DNA of 64,000 nucleotides from Octopus sinensis. Lineage: Eukaryota. This document shows, in pieces, positions 1 through 11,610 of the stretch; within the stretch, counting starts at the first letter, position 1, and each line of letters opens with the position of its first letter. A model generated the notes under the pieces. The model made no database searches, was not told the DNA's origin, and worked only from the letters and a program-made list of their open reading frames with translations. The stretch spans positions 150,226,001-150,290,000 of the forward strand of contig NC_043000.1 of assembly GCF_006345805.1 (NCBI RefSeq). The letters run 5' to 3'. The position numbers were made by a program, and so were the translations under genes.

Positions 1-57
1 AAGTCTCATCATTCATAGGTTTGTTGTCCATTTTTCTAAGTCACTCTTTACAAAGTT

Positions 58-58
58 A

Positions 59-100
<42 letters not shown>

Positions 101-397
101 CATTGTGTACAGTGCTCAGGTGCACTACAACTCATCTAAAGTGCATATATAATCAGGTGTAGTTTCGGCGGATTTCGGAGAGCATGAGGGCCTTAAAGGA
201 TGCAGTGTCATGGCAGTCAACAACTGACGCAGGTAGTTTATTCCATGCTTCAGCAACTCTGAGCGTGAAGAAATGTTTCCGAAAGTCGTGGGAGCTGTGT
301 TGTTTTCTGACTTTGTAGGCATGTCCACGTGTGTTAGACACATGGAGATCAAAAAGGTGTTCAGTGTTGTTGTTGGTGAGGTGGTTGATAACTTTGG
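58..397 (-). mobile_element. CR1-group LINE 3' end with (ATT)n tail
   Basis: ORF2 C-terminus SNTRGHAYKVRKQH..RKHFFTLRVAEAWNKLPASVV..FK; microsatellite tail at 58-99. Confidence 0.8.
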
Positions 398-740
398 TTA
401 TAATATTTAATATTTGTTTGTATTACAAACACATTAGGCTTTAATTTATTAAATAAACATTTGTGTGTATGCGTGTGCACGTATGTGTGTGTGTGTGCGT
501 GGTTTAACTGTGAAGTTACATAAATGGCTCAGTGGCTGATGGTTTTACACATTGCACCTAATTTTAGAAGTGAAATGTTAAAAATACTTCGCCTTTCAGT
601 CGCTTACGTAACTTATGTTACCAAATAATAAAAAAAAGATAAATACTCTGGTGTATTGAGTTCTGTTTCTACTGTTTGTTCCACCAAAATTCTGTTTTGT
701 GTGTGTGTGTATGTGTAGATATATATATATATATATATAA

Positions 741-944
741 AAATAAATGAAAGAATGGAGTTGAACGACGATTTAACAAAATTCCTTTATTCTCGACATA
801 TGTTTCGAAGGCTGCATATTCCTAATTTCGAAGGAATAAGGGGTGCATTATGCCGCCTTCTCATCAGGAAAAACAATCGAAACATATGTCGAGAATAAAG
901 GAATTTCGTTAAATCGTTGTTCAACTCCATTCTTTCATTTATTT
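741..944. repeat. Inverted repeat (68-bp arms, 68-bp spacer); probable Penelope-like element terminus with inverted tail
   Basis: 741-808 is the reverse complement of 877-944 with 2 mismatches; contains the hammerhead and an AATAAA just after the cleavage site. Confidence 0.75.
790..873 (-). ncRNA. Minimal type-I hammerhead ribozyme (Penelope-like element type)
   Basis: Minus strand: TTTTC-CTGATGA(867-861)-GAAGGCGGCATA...TATGCAGCCTTC (stem II)-GAAA(806-803)-C ATAT G-TC^GAGAA. All core residues are present, with a GUC cleavage triplet and a palindromic ACATATGT stem III. Confidence 0.8.
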
Positions 945-1157
945 GTATTAAAAAAAACACACAAATTTCCACATGAAAGCACGTGATCTCTGCCCTTGGC
1001 ATGTAGCTTCAACCGTGTTTTTCTGACGTGAATTTGCTACCCAGGTATCGGTTAACCGAATTATCCATACTAAGATAATTCATTCAACTACTTAAATATA
1101 TATATACATATAGGTATATTTTTATGTGTATATATTTATATTTGTATGTATATATAT

Positions 1158-1208
<51 letters not shown>

Positions 1209-1608
1209 CTGTTTATATGTATATGGTTGCTCTTGTTAATTAGTAGCCTTATAAGAACCTCAATAACAAAACAAAATATTGGGATGTTTTCAAGTTGTTG
1301 AAGATAAACAGACTTTACTCTAGAAAATACAATCATTTTTATTGTATGAATAAGAGGTAGGGCAACTTTTACATTTATTTGTCACATTAAATTAAGTGTA
1401 ATCTAATAAGAGCTCATTTAATTAGATATAAGGGACAGGCATAGTTGTGTGATTAAGAAGTTTGCTTTCAAATTATATGATTTCAGGTTCAGGCCCACTG
1501 CACAGCACTATGGGCGAGTGTCTTCTATTATAGCCCCAGGCTGACCAGTACATTGTGTGTGAATTTAGTAGAAAAAAATCTATGTGGAAGCTTGTTATGT
1601 GTGTGGTC

Positions 1609-1609
<1 letters not shown>

Positions 1610-1677
<68 letters not shown>
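1610..1677. repeat. (AT)n microsatellite; similar tracts at about 1096-1210, 4531-4565, 6865-6905, 7493-7610, 11574-11607, 50640-50674, 51238-51288, 61070-61104
   Basis: Direct reading. Confidence 0.95.
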
Positions 1678-1680
<3 letters not shown>

Positions 1681-2022
1681 AGAGTTTACAAAAACAACAA
1701 AAGACGAAGACAGGTGGTGTACAAAACAAACAGATGTATTAGTATAATGCTCAGGAATAGAAAAAGTCTTTTACATTTTGAGCCTACGCTCTTCTACAGA
1801 AAGGGACACAGAAAAAACAAGGAGAGAAACAAAATATGTGTAGTGGCTAACGATCTATCATATATACGGGTTAAGTACAAAAGCCAAGGCAAACAGTTTG
1901 GCAAGACTTGACAAGGACATTAATTTAGCTATATTATAAAAGGTTTTATATAGCTAAATTAAATGTCCTTGTCAAGTCTTGCCAAACTGTTAGCCTTTCT
2001 CTTTTATACTTTAACCTATACC
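1678..2022. mobile_element. Second Penelope-like terminal remnant with fold-back and a degenerate hammerhead motif
   Basis: Arms at about 1863-1940 and 1943-2020 form a near-perfect palindrome; minus-strand CTGTAGA-A-GAGC-GTAG-GCTC-AAAAT-GTA at 1768-1803. Confidence 0.45.
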
Positions 2023-2206
2023 TACCAACTCTTGGGGAAGCCACTTCTAGCTGCTTCTGATAAGTCAGTCACAAAATCACACTTTCAACTGCAGTTCAAA
2101 CTGGAATTTTAGTGGTATATCTATTTGAGAACTCAGATTGCATACCTATTGGTTTGAGTCACCCTGATGAAAACTTCTCATCCCTTTTATAAAGAGAGAT
2201 GCACGG

Positions 2207-2638
2207 GCAGGGCTGAGTGGTAAGAAGCTTGCTCTGAACCACATGGTTTTGTGTTCAGTCCTACTGCATGGCACCTTCTGCTATAGCCTTCAGTAGACAG
2301 AAGCTTTGTGAGTGAAATTGGTAGATGAAAACTGAAAGAAGCCTGTCATATATATATATATATATATATGAATCCTTTGGTAACTCTATGACCAGAATTT
2401 AACTTTTTGTTTTAATATGTGTGTGTGTATGTTTTGTGTTTGTATTTGTCACTCGCCACCACATGACAACTGTTGTTCGTTTGTTTACTTCCCTGTAACT
2501 TAGTAGTTCAGCAAAAGTGATTGATAGATTACTACCAAGCTTTTAAAAAAAATTAAGTACTGGGATCATTTCATCCAGCTACAAATTCTTCAAAGCGGTG
2601 CCCCGGTCTAATGACTGAAACAAGTAAAAGATAAAAGA
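2207..2638 (+). mobile_element. SINE family 1, decayed copy
   Basis: Diverged match to the intact copies at 28800 and 47486: tRNA-like head, internal (TA)n, AAAAGAGT-type tail. Confidence 0.7.
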
Positions 2639-2894
2639 CACGCATTTTTGCACTGGATCTCAAAGCAGACAAATCTGTAATTGATAGAATCTAGAATATT
2701 AGATTAAAAAATCCTTTGGATGGAACAAAACTTGGAGGCTGCTCACCGAACTTCAACCCATCATCATCATTTAACATCACATCTTCAAATTCAGTGTTGC
2801 TTTGATATAATGGTTAGCATGTCTGTCATGATCACAGAAGAAATGTGCCCCACATGTAGGCTTTGACTGTATATCGATTCAAGGGTTTTTTTAA

Positions 2895-3112
2895 CCCCTT
2901 AGTGTTCGCATTATTCTGCCAAAATTAATCTTTTTTTATCCACATTGCTTTGAACTAATCATGCATTATCTTGTAGCTATAAGATTTTGATGATGTAGCT
3001 GTTAATTTTTAAAACGATGTTGTAGGGTTGGTGTGAGAGACCAGATATGGCTAGTTTGAACATAAAACAGGCAGAATACTTTTGGCCGGATATGGCCAGT
3101 TTTAATGCTAAA
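2895..3112. mobile_element. TTAA-flanked MITE (piggyBac-like termini), right end degraded
   Basis: TTAA|CCCCTTAGTGTTCGC...; same family as 20172-20600 and 48620-48886. Confidence 0.7.
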
Positions 3113-4525
3113 TATTCTTTATGATAGTATTTATAACTTCATCAACTTTGAGTTTCACTTTAAAAAGATATAATTTACTCCGATTCTCTTGAAGATTTTA
3201 AATTCTTATAATGAAAATGTGTATGTGTGTATCTCTGTGTTGGCTTCCACCACCACTTGACAACTGGTGTTGATTTCTTTACATCCCTGTAACTTGACAA
3301 TTCAAGGAAAACTGACCAGTTGAATAAATACCAGACAAATTAATTTCTGGAGTCGATTTGTTTGACTAAGCCTAAATATTTAGTGCTCCAGTATGGCCTC
3401 AGTCTACTAACTGAAGCAGGTAAAAGAATAAAAGAAAGAAAACACATTAAAGAAAATTTGATTAACAATATAGAAAAATGAGATGAAAATGTAAATTAAA
3501 CTGACTTAATGAATACAGTAATATGTAATCAACAAAATGTATTTTTTAATGAAAAATCCAGACTTACTTCACGAAGCTGCACTTAAGGATCTCAAAGGTT
3601 GCCAGTTTTCCACCCTTAGAGATATTATCATCATCATCATCATTTAACATCCATCTTCTGTGCTAGCATGGGTTGGATTGTTTGACAGGTTCAAGGACTG
3701 CATCACACTCCAATGTCTGCTTTTGCACCATTAATTAGGTTGCCAAGCAACTTGCAAGATTAAGGTCCCCTTCAATTCAGAAGGGTTGTAGTAAATAAGA
3801 TGACTTTATGCTGGGAGATGAGGGGATTAAAGTATGAAAGAAAGGGCCAGAAGAGAACAGGTTTCTTGTTTTAGAGGGGCTACAAGGCTACTCACGTTAT
3901 AGAAGAGAGTGTGAGAGTGACCAGGGTGAAATTCGAAAGAGATACAAATAGTGGTGACAAGTGTCAGGGTGGACCTTCGGGGTACAAGGTGAGTTGAGCC
4001 AAGAGAAGAACAGGGAATGTAGGTGGGTAGAGGTTACATGAGAGATGAGGAAAGGGTGAGGAGTGAATATAATGAAGAAAAATGTTGCAGGATGATATAA
4101 GAGAGTAGGTGACAACTGTGGATATTGGATAAGTGGTGAGGTGTAAGTTAGAGGAGAGTAATAGATGACTGGTGGTGAAGAGCAGCAGGATAGTAATATT
4201 GACAGAGTAGACAGGAGGTGGATGTGAGAAAGAGATGACTGGTGGTTGGGCAAAGCCTGCCCAGGCTCTGCTAGAGTGCGGAGGGAAGTGTAGTAAATGA
4301 TGCTATGGTGACAATTTGGTGGTTCAGGAAGATGATCAATATAAAAGATGGGTGCAGAGGACAGGTGAAAAGGTTCTGGACTACGAGGAAGATAAATGGT
4401 ATCTGGGAAAAGGTGAAATATGCAGTTCTGCTCTCATTTAATTACAGCAGCAGAACATTGCAATTAAAGAGATGCTGGTGGGAGGGATCTCTTTTGGGGG
4501 AAATTTGGTGAAGGGACCAGTTGTA

Positions 4526-4568
<43 letters not shown>

Positions 4569-5789
4569 TCGAACTAGTTTTCACCTACTGATAATCATAT
4601 TACAGATGCACACCACCAATTTCTTAATTGCCTCAAAGCAAATACTGAAGAAAATATACTGACGGTTAACATGTTTTTCTATTGCATAATCTAACATAGT
4701 AGATCTATTGTATATCATCATCGTTGTCGTCTGTTTTACATCTACATTTCCATGCTTGCATGGATCGGATCATACATATATAAGAATATAAAATGTCAAT
4801 GCAGAGAAAATGTGTTTTTTGCAGTTACTTAACCTGCTAGAATAACTATGTAAACTTCCTCAAACTATTCCTTACCATGTTAGAAAAGACATATTGAATT
4901 ATACAGTTCTAAATACACTATGAAAGAAAAAACAAAAATATCATCACAGCTGGGATACTTTTGTTTACAGCTATCTAATTGGATCAATAGAGGCCTGCAG
5001 CTGAAGAACACATCAGTCAATGTCCATGACTAAACTTCCATCTCAAGTTAAAGTAACATCATTTAGCAGCTAAGGGAAATAATTTTTGAAAGTATATTTT
5101 AATAACCTAAATAAATAATACACAATTTATAATTAAAAAGTAAAGACTTTCTGTAACCTGGTTATATTAGAAAAAGAACTGTAGATTAAATTACCCAAGT
5201 AAAAATTTTTATAATTATTAGGAAATTAAATTTTGAGATGAGTTATATAGTTTGTTTTTGGTGGGATAGTGGAAGATTTTTAAAAAATCTCAACCTCATC
5301 TTTATCAATAAAATAATTTATTATTTACACCTACACTATGTTTCCGTCAGTTTGGTATTAGATCATCATCGGATGTTTTACTCTTGGACATATACAGGTA
5401 AAGGCATAGCTGTGTGGAGTAAGAAGTTCATTTTGCAACCACATGGTTTGGATTTCAGTTCCACTGTACAGCATTTTAGACAATAACATTGGGCCAATCA
5501 ATGTCTTATGAGTAAATCTGGTAAATGGACACTGTGTAGAAGCCCATTGTGTGTATATGTATGTATCATCATCGTTTAACATCCTTTGTCCATGCTGGAA
5601 GGTTGCACCGGGATCTAGTTTGATTTGACATGGTTTTCTACAGCTGGATGCCCTTCCTAATGCCAATCACTCTGAGAGTGTTATGGGTGCATTTACGTGC
5701 CACCGGCACAGGTGGCATTTGCATGACACAGGGGTGTGTTTACATGTCAATTTGTGTGACACCGGTATCTGTCACGACTGCGATATAGA

Positions 5790-6846
5790 TATATTTATGT
5801 AGTTGTATGGACTCCATCAACTACCAACAGGGTAAGCTAGAGGTAGTATATAACTTCCATTATCTAGGTAACCAAGTTAGTAGCAGAGGTGGATGCAATG
5901 AGATTGTGGTTGTGAGAATAAAAATTGGCTGGGCAAAGTTCAGAGAACTACCTCTATTGGTAGCAAAGCACCTCTCCCTCAGAGTAAAAGGTAGATTGTA
6001 TGATGCCTGTGTGTGAACAGCCATGTTACACAACAGTGAAACATGAGCTGTAACAACCGAGGACATGCATTGACTTGAAAGAAATGAAGCCAGTACACTT
6101 TGCTGGATGTGAAATGTCAGTGTGTGTGTTCAACAGAGTGTAAACATCTTGAGAGAAAAGCTGGACATAAGAAGCATCAAATGTGGTGTGCAAGAGAGAC
6201 AACTGCACTGGTATGGTCATGCGATGCATATGGACGAGGAGAGCAGTGTGAGGAAGTGCCAATCTCTAACTGGGGAGGGAACTTGTAGAGGTAGATCCAG
6301 GAAGACATGGGATGAGGTGGTCAAGCATGATCTTTGAACTTTGAGCTTCACAGAGACAATGACTAGTGACCAAGACCTTTGGCAATATGCTGTGCTTGAG
6401 AAGACCTGTCAAGCCAAGTGAAATCGTAGTCATGGCCAATGCTGATGGCACTTAAAAAGCACCTTTCGAGTGCTGGGCCTCATGGAGGCAATGTGCCCAA
6501 TGCCAGTGGCACATGCAAAGCACCTTTTGAGTGTTGGGCCTCACAGAGACAATGACGAGTGAGTGAGACCTCTGGCATTATGCGGCGCTTGAGAAGAAGA
6601 CCCAACAAATCAAGTAAAATCGCAGTTGTGGAAGATACTGATGTCACACAAATGGCACCTGTGCCAGTGACACGTGAAAGTACCCATTACACTCTCGGAG
6701 TGGTTGGCATTAGGAAAGGCATCCAGCTGTAGAAACCATGCTAACTCAGACTGGGGTCTGGTGCAGCCTTCCAGCTTGCCAGCCCAGGTCAAATCATCCA
6801 AACCATACCAGCATGGACAACAGACATTAAATGATGATGATGATGA
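5790..6846 (+). mobile_element. RTE-clade LINE 3' fragment, decayed
   Basis: GKLEVVYNFHYLG..WAKFRELPLL..KGRLYDACV..WYGH..RKTWDEVVKHDL with stops; 3' UTR and (GAT)n tail. Confidence 0.85.
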
Positions 6847-6860
6847 ATTTTATACAGTTG

Positions 6861-6899
<39 letters not shown>

Positions 6900-7009
6900 T
6901 ATATATAAGCACTCACTACACTCTTAGAATGGTTAGCATTAGGAGGGGTATCCAGCTGTAGAAACATTGCCAGCAAGGAAAACGGATGTTAAACAATGAT
7001 GATATATAT

Positions 7010-7470
7010 ATCATCATCATCATCATCATCATCATTTAGCGTCCGTTTTCCATGCTAGCATGGGTTGGACGGTTCAACTGGGGTCTGGGAAGCCCGAAGG
7101 CTGCACCAGGCCAGTCAGATCTGGCAGTGTTTCTACAGCTGGATGCCCTTCCTAACGCCAACCACTCCGAGAGTGTAGTGGGTGATTTTATGTGCCACCG
7201 ACACAGGTGCCAGACGAGGCTGGCGAACGGCCACGCTCGGATGGTGTTTTTATGTGCCACCGACACAGGTGCCAGACGAGGCTGGCAGACGGCCACGCTC
7301 GGATGGTGTTTTTATGTGCCACGACACAGGTGCCAGATGAGGCTGGCGGACGGCCACGATCGGATGGTGTTTGTTACGTCCCCAAAGCACGGAGGCCAGT
7401 CTATGCGGTACTGGCTACGGCCACGTTCGGATGATTTTCTTGTGTGCCACCGGCACTGGTACCACAAAGA
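7010..7470 (-). mobile_element. RTE 3' UTR tail with about five 62-bp hairpin units
   Basis: (CAT)n, then the conserved tail, then units with ATGTGCCAC at 7190, 7252 and 7314. Confidence 0.85.
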
Positions 7471-7491
7471 TACAAATTCCATTTATGTTCA

Positions 7492-7529
<38 letters not shown>

Positions 7530-7905
7530 TATATGTATATGTGTGTGTGTGTATATATATATATATACTTACATTTATATAGTTGTATATATATATATAT
7601 ATATATATATGCAAGTCTATGTGTCTCCATATTTGTTTTTGTCCCTGCCACTGCTTGTCAACATCCCTGTAACTTAGTGGTTTGGCAAAAGAACCCACAA
7701 CAGAATAAGTACCAGACTTCAAAATAGTACCAGGGTCAATTTATTTAACTACAAGGTGGTTCTCCAACACGGTCACAGACCAACGAACTGAAACAAGTGA
7801 ATAAAATACAAGATTGGACTTGAACTAGGAGCCCTTATTTCTAAAAGAAGGATTTTGATATTCCAATGGATAAGAGAATATTAAAACATTAACCTCCACT
7901 GATAA

Positions 7906-8304
7906 CTCTTACTCTTTTACTCGTTTCAGTCATTTGACTGCAGCCATGCTGGAGCACCGCCTTTAGTCAAGCAAATCGACCCCGGGACTTATTCTTTGTA
8001 AGCCCAGTACTTATTCTATCGGTCTCTTTTGCCGAACCGCTAAGTGACGGGGACGTAAACACACCAGCATCGGTTGTCAAGCAATGCTAGGGGGACAAAC
8101 ACAGACACACAAACATACACATATATATATATACCTATATACGACAGGCTTCTTTCAGTTTCCGTCTACCAAATCCACTCACAAGGCATTGGTCGGCCCG
8201 GGGCTATAGCAGAAGACACTTGCCCAAGATGCCACGCAGTGGGACTGAACCCGGAACCATGTGGCTGGTTAGCAAGCTACTTACCACACAGCCACTCCTG
8301 CGCC
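7906..8304 (-). mobile_element. SINE family 1, full length
   Basis: A-box TGGCTGTGTGG, B-box GGTTCAGTCCC, CORE-like CTTGGGCAAGTGTCTT, internal microsatellite, simple tail. Confidence 0.9.
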
Positions 8305-8345
8305 TGATAAGGTTTATGGATTTACGTATTCCTACCCATAAACGT

Positions 8346-8641
8346 GTGGAGGCATATGGCCTAGTGGTTATACTATAGTAAAAAACTAGAGCAGTGGACT
8401 CGCGGTCAAGGGATCACGGGTTCGAATCTCAGACCAGGCAATATGTGTGTTTACGAGCAAAAGAAGGTAATGGCGAACTTCTGCTGACTCTTTCGCCACA
8501 ACTTTCACTCTTTCCTCCTGCATCTTGCAGCTCACCTGCGACGGACCAGCATCCCGTCCAGGTGGGGAATCCTATACGCCAAGGAAACCAAGAAACCAGC
8601 CCTATGAGCCAGGCGTGGCTCAAGAAGGAACAAACAACAAC
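8346..8641 (+). mobile_element. SINE family 4 (family-2-like tRNA head, different tail)
   Basis: TGGCCTAGTGG A-box, GGTTCGAATC B-box; tail GACGGACCAGCATCCCGTCCAGG; (AAC)n end. Confidence 0.7.
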
Positions 8642-9009
8642 CTATAAACATGGGACCTGTGAACAGCAAAAATACAAAGGCACTTGATTCTCACAAATGA
8701 CAGACAAGCATAAGAAAAGGCAGAGATGATCAAGAAAATACATAAGAAAATACAGCTTTGCTGCTGTGGGCCACAAATTTGTTGACAAATCTACCATTTG
8801 CTACGTTTACAAAGTGCATGGAGATAATTTATTACAGATTGTTTTTGCTTTTTTTAACCAAATCACCATGATGAATAAAGTTAGAGATACTAGAAAATGA
8901 ATCTAAAGAAACTAAACTGAAACATTTTTTTTAATGGCTCCTATACTATAGTGAAAAGCTAGAATAATTGGCCACTTAAATTTTTTTTCATTATGTTGTG
9001 TAAATAGTA

Positions 9010-9903
9010 GACAGTGCATACTCGACAGAGTGTAAGTACCTTGAGAGAAAAGTTGGACCTAAGAAGCATCCGATGTGGTGTGCAAGAGAGACAACTGCGC
9101 TGGTATGGTCATGTGGCGAGAATGGATGAGGATAGCTGTGTGAAAAAGTGCCACACACTAGTGGTTGAGGGAACCTGTGGAAGAGGTCGACCCAGGAAGA
9201 CCTGGGATGAGGTGGTGAAGCATGACCTTTGAACATTAGGCCTCACCGAGGCAATGACTAGTGACTGAGACCTTTGGAAATATGCTGTGCTTGAGAAGAC
9301 CCGGCAAGCCAAGTGAGACTATAACCTCATGGCCTATGCCAGGGGTGTAACCAGCCCACTTATGCATACCTTTCCTTCATTGGACACTAAACTCTGCTTG
9401 CGAAGACCTGTTGAGGCAAGTGAAATCGAAATCAAATTAGACGACTGGCATCTGTGCTAGTGGAGCGCTAAGAGCACCATCCAAGTGTAATCGTAGCCAG
9501 AGCAGCTGACTGGTTTCCGTGCTGGTGGCACGTAAAAAGTACCATTCAAACATGATCGTTCCCAGCATCGCCTTACTGGCTCTTGTGCCGGTGGCATGTG
9601 AAAAAACATTCAAGCGAGGGCGTTGACAGTGCCACTGGACTGGCTCCTGTGCAGGTGGCATGTAAAAAACACCATTTGAGCGTGGTCAATGCCAGTACTG
9701 CCTGACTGGCCCTCGTGCCAGTGACACATAAAAGCACCCACTACACTCTTGGAGTGGTTGGCGTTAGGAAGGGCATCCAGCTGTAGAAACTTTGCCAGTT
9801 CAAGATTGGAGCCTGGTGCAGCCATCTGGTTCACCAGTCCTCAGTCAAATCGTCCAACCCATGCTAGCATGGAAAGCAGACATTAAACGATGATGATGAT
9901 GAT
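9010..9903 (+). mobile_element. RTE-clade LINE 3' fragment
   Basis: HTRQSVSTLREKLDLRSIRCGVQERQLRWYGHVARM..RPRKTWDEVVKHDL; UTR hairpin array; (GAT)n. Confidence 0.88.
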
Positions 9904-9929
9904 CAGTATCATTGCAACATATAAAGCAG

Positions 9930-10136
9930 TAAGCTGGCAGAAACATTAGCATGCTGAGCAAATTGCTCAGTGGCATTTCATCCATCTTTACATTCTGAGT
10001 TCAAATTCTGCTGGGGGTCAACTTTGCTCTTCATCCTTTCAGGGTCAATAAAATAAATACCAGTTGAACACCAGCACAATTTAATCAACTTAAGCCCTCT
10101 CCCATACCTGCTGGCCTTGTACCAAAATTTGAAACT
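9930..10136 (+). mobile_element. SINE family 3, decayed (followed by an RTE tail at 10137-10317)
   Basis: CTGGCAGAAAC head, GAGTTCAAATTC B-box, CTTTGCTCTTCATCCTTTC body. Confidence 0.65.
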
Positions 10137-10572
10137 GGCACATAAAAAGCACCCACTACACTCTCAGAGTGGTTGGCATTAGGAAGGGCATCCAGCTGTA
10201 GAAACACTGCTAGATCAGATTGGAGCCTGGTGCAGCCATCTGGTTCGCCAGTCCTCAGTCAAATCGTCCAACCCATGCTAGCATGGAAAATGGACATTAA
10301 ACGATGATGATGATGATTATTGCAACATAAAGATAATTTACCTATACAATTCAAAAGAAGGTTTCAGTCAAGGTTTTCCTTTATTCACAAAAGGCTTTTG
10401 TTTTTGTTGTTTTTTAGTTCACATGACATGAAACAAAAATTGAAGATTTTTGATTGCAAAGCTGAAAAATGGAAAAGACAACTTACAAACTGTCTTAGAT
10501 ATGTTATTTTTGATAATTTTAAGAAGATATATTTAATTGCTTAATACAGTAATCACCATGAATAAAAGGAGT

Positions 10573-10959
10573 TTAAGAAGCACTCCGTCGGTTACGACGA
10601 CGAGGTTTCCGGTTGATCCAAATCAACGGAACAGCCTGCTCATGAAATTAACGTGTAAGTGGCTGAGCACTCCACAGACACGTGTACCCTTAACGTAGTT
10701 CTCGGGGATATTCAGCGTGACACAGAGAGTGACAAGGCCGGCCCTTTGAAATACAGGTACAACAGAAACAGGAAGTAAGAGTGAGAGAAAGTTGTGGTGA
10801 AAGAGTACAGCAGGGATCACCACCATCCCCTGTCGGAGCCTCGTGGAACTTTAGGTGTTTTCGCTCAATAAACACTCACAACGCCCCGTCTAGGAATCGA
10901 AACCGCGATCCTATGTCCGCGAGTCCGCTGCCCTAACCACTGGGCCATTGTGCCTCCAC
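10573..10959 (-). mobile_element. SINE family 2, full length
   Basis: tRNA-like head TGGCCCAGTGG/GTTTCGATTCC; 11-bp TSD ATAAAAGGAGT at 10562-10572 and 10960-10970. Confidence 0.92.
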
Positions 10960-11573
10960 ATAAAAGGAGTAGAATACAGACAGACCAAAGGCTTTGCCTA
11001 AACACTTTTTATAGTATTTAATTTAATGACTTACTGATGGGATTAAATTTGCTTTCTCTCGCATCAGGATTAAGAAAATAGATACCAGTAAAGTCAACTT
11101 CCCATTACAAAGTTGTGGTTATACCCTGTTAAAATAAATAATTACTTTGGAAAGTTAATAATAGCCATGACTTCAATATACTTGGGGTAATTCCTGCAAA
11201 GGAAAGTTATAATAAAGATTTGCTATAACACCAAGAATAGCTTCTATAAAATATAACACTTAGAAAATGCCAAAGTCTGATATCTGAAATGGTCATCAGA
11301 AGTTAAGAGAATTTCAGTCAAGTAGAAATCACTGAAGGTTTTATAACACACCATTTTATCTATTGAATACATCACTACCATTGCATAGCAAAGCAATATC
11401 ACTGAACCAACAAGTGTTCTGGCATTTATATATATATATATACTTAAATATAAGAGAGTTACGGCTAAGTGGTTAACTCTAGTGCTAAAAATAGCTCCTT
11501 TTTCTGGTATAGCCACCAAAGTTGTTTCCAATAAGAAATAACATTACATTCAACGTATATATATATTCATTTA

Positions 11574-11607
<34 letters not shown>

Positions 11608-11610
<3 letters not shown>

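Noticed and set aside
1555-1911. ORFs with poly-(YI) runs here and near 7444-7727, 50623-51007 and 61030
   Set aside because: Translations of (AT)n microsatellites
3760-4520. Purine-rich stretch with the 118-aa minus ORF at 3897-4253 (similar stretch at 51800-52560)
   Set aside because: Compositionally biased and probably a decayed repeat; no family motifs, so not called as a gene
7184-7470. CRISPR array interpretation of the palindromic repeat units (also near 36120, 50675, 54610)
   Set aside because: The variable parts are mutually homologous and recur in dispersed copies; the arrays are embedded in LINE 3' UTRs; there are no cas genes; the context is eukaryotic
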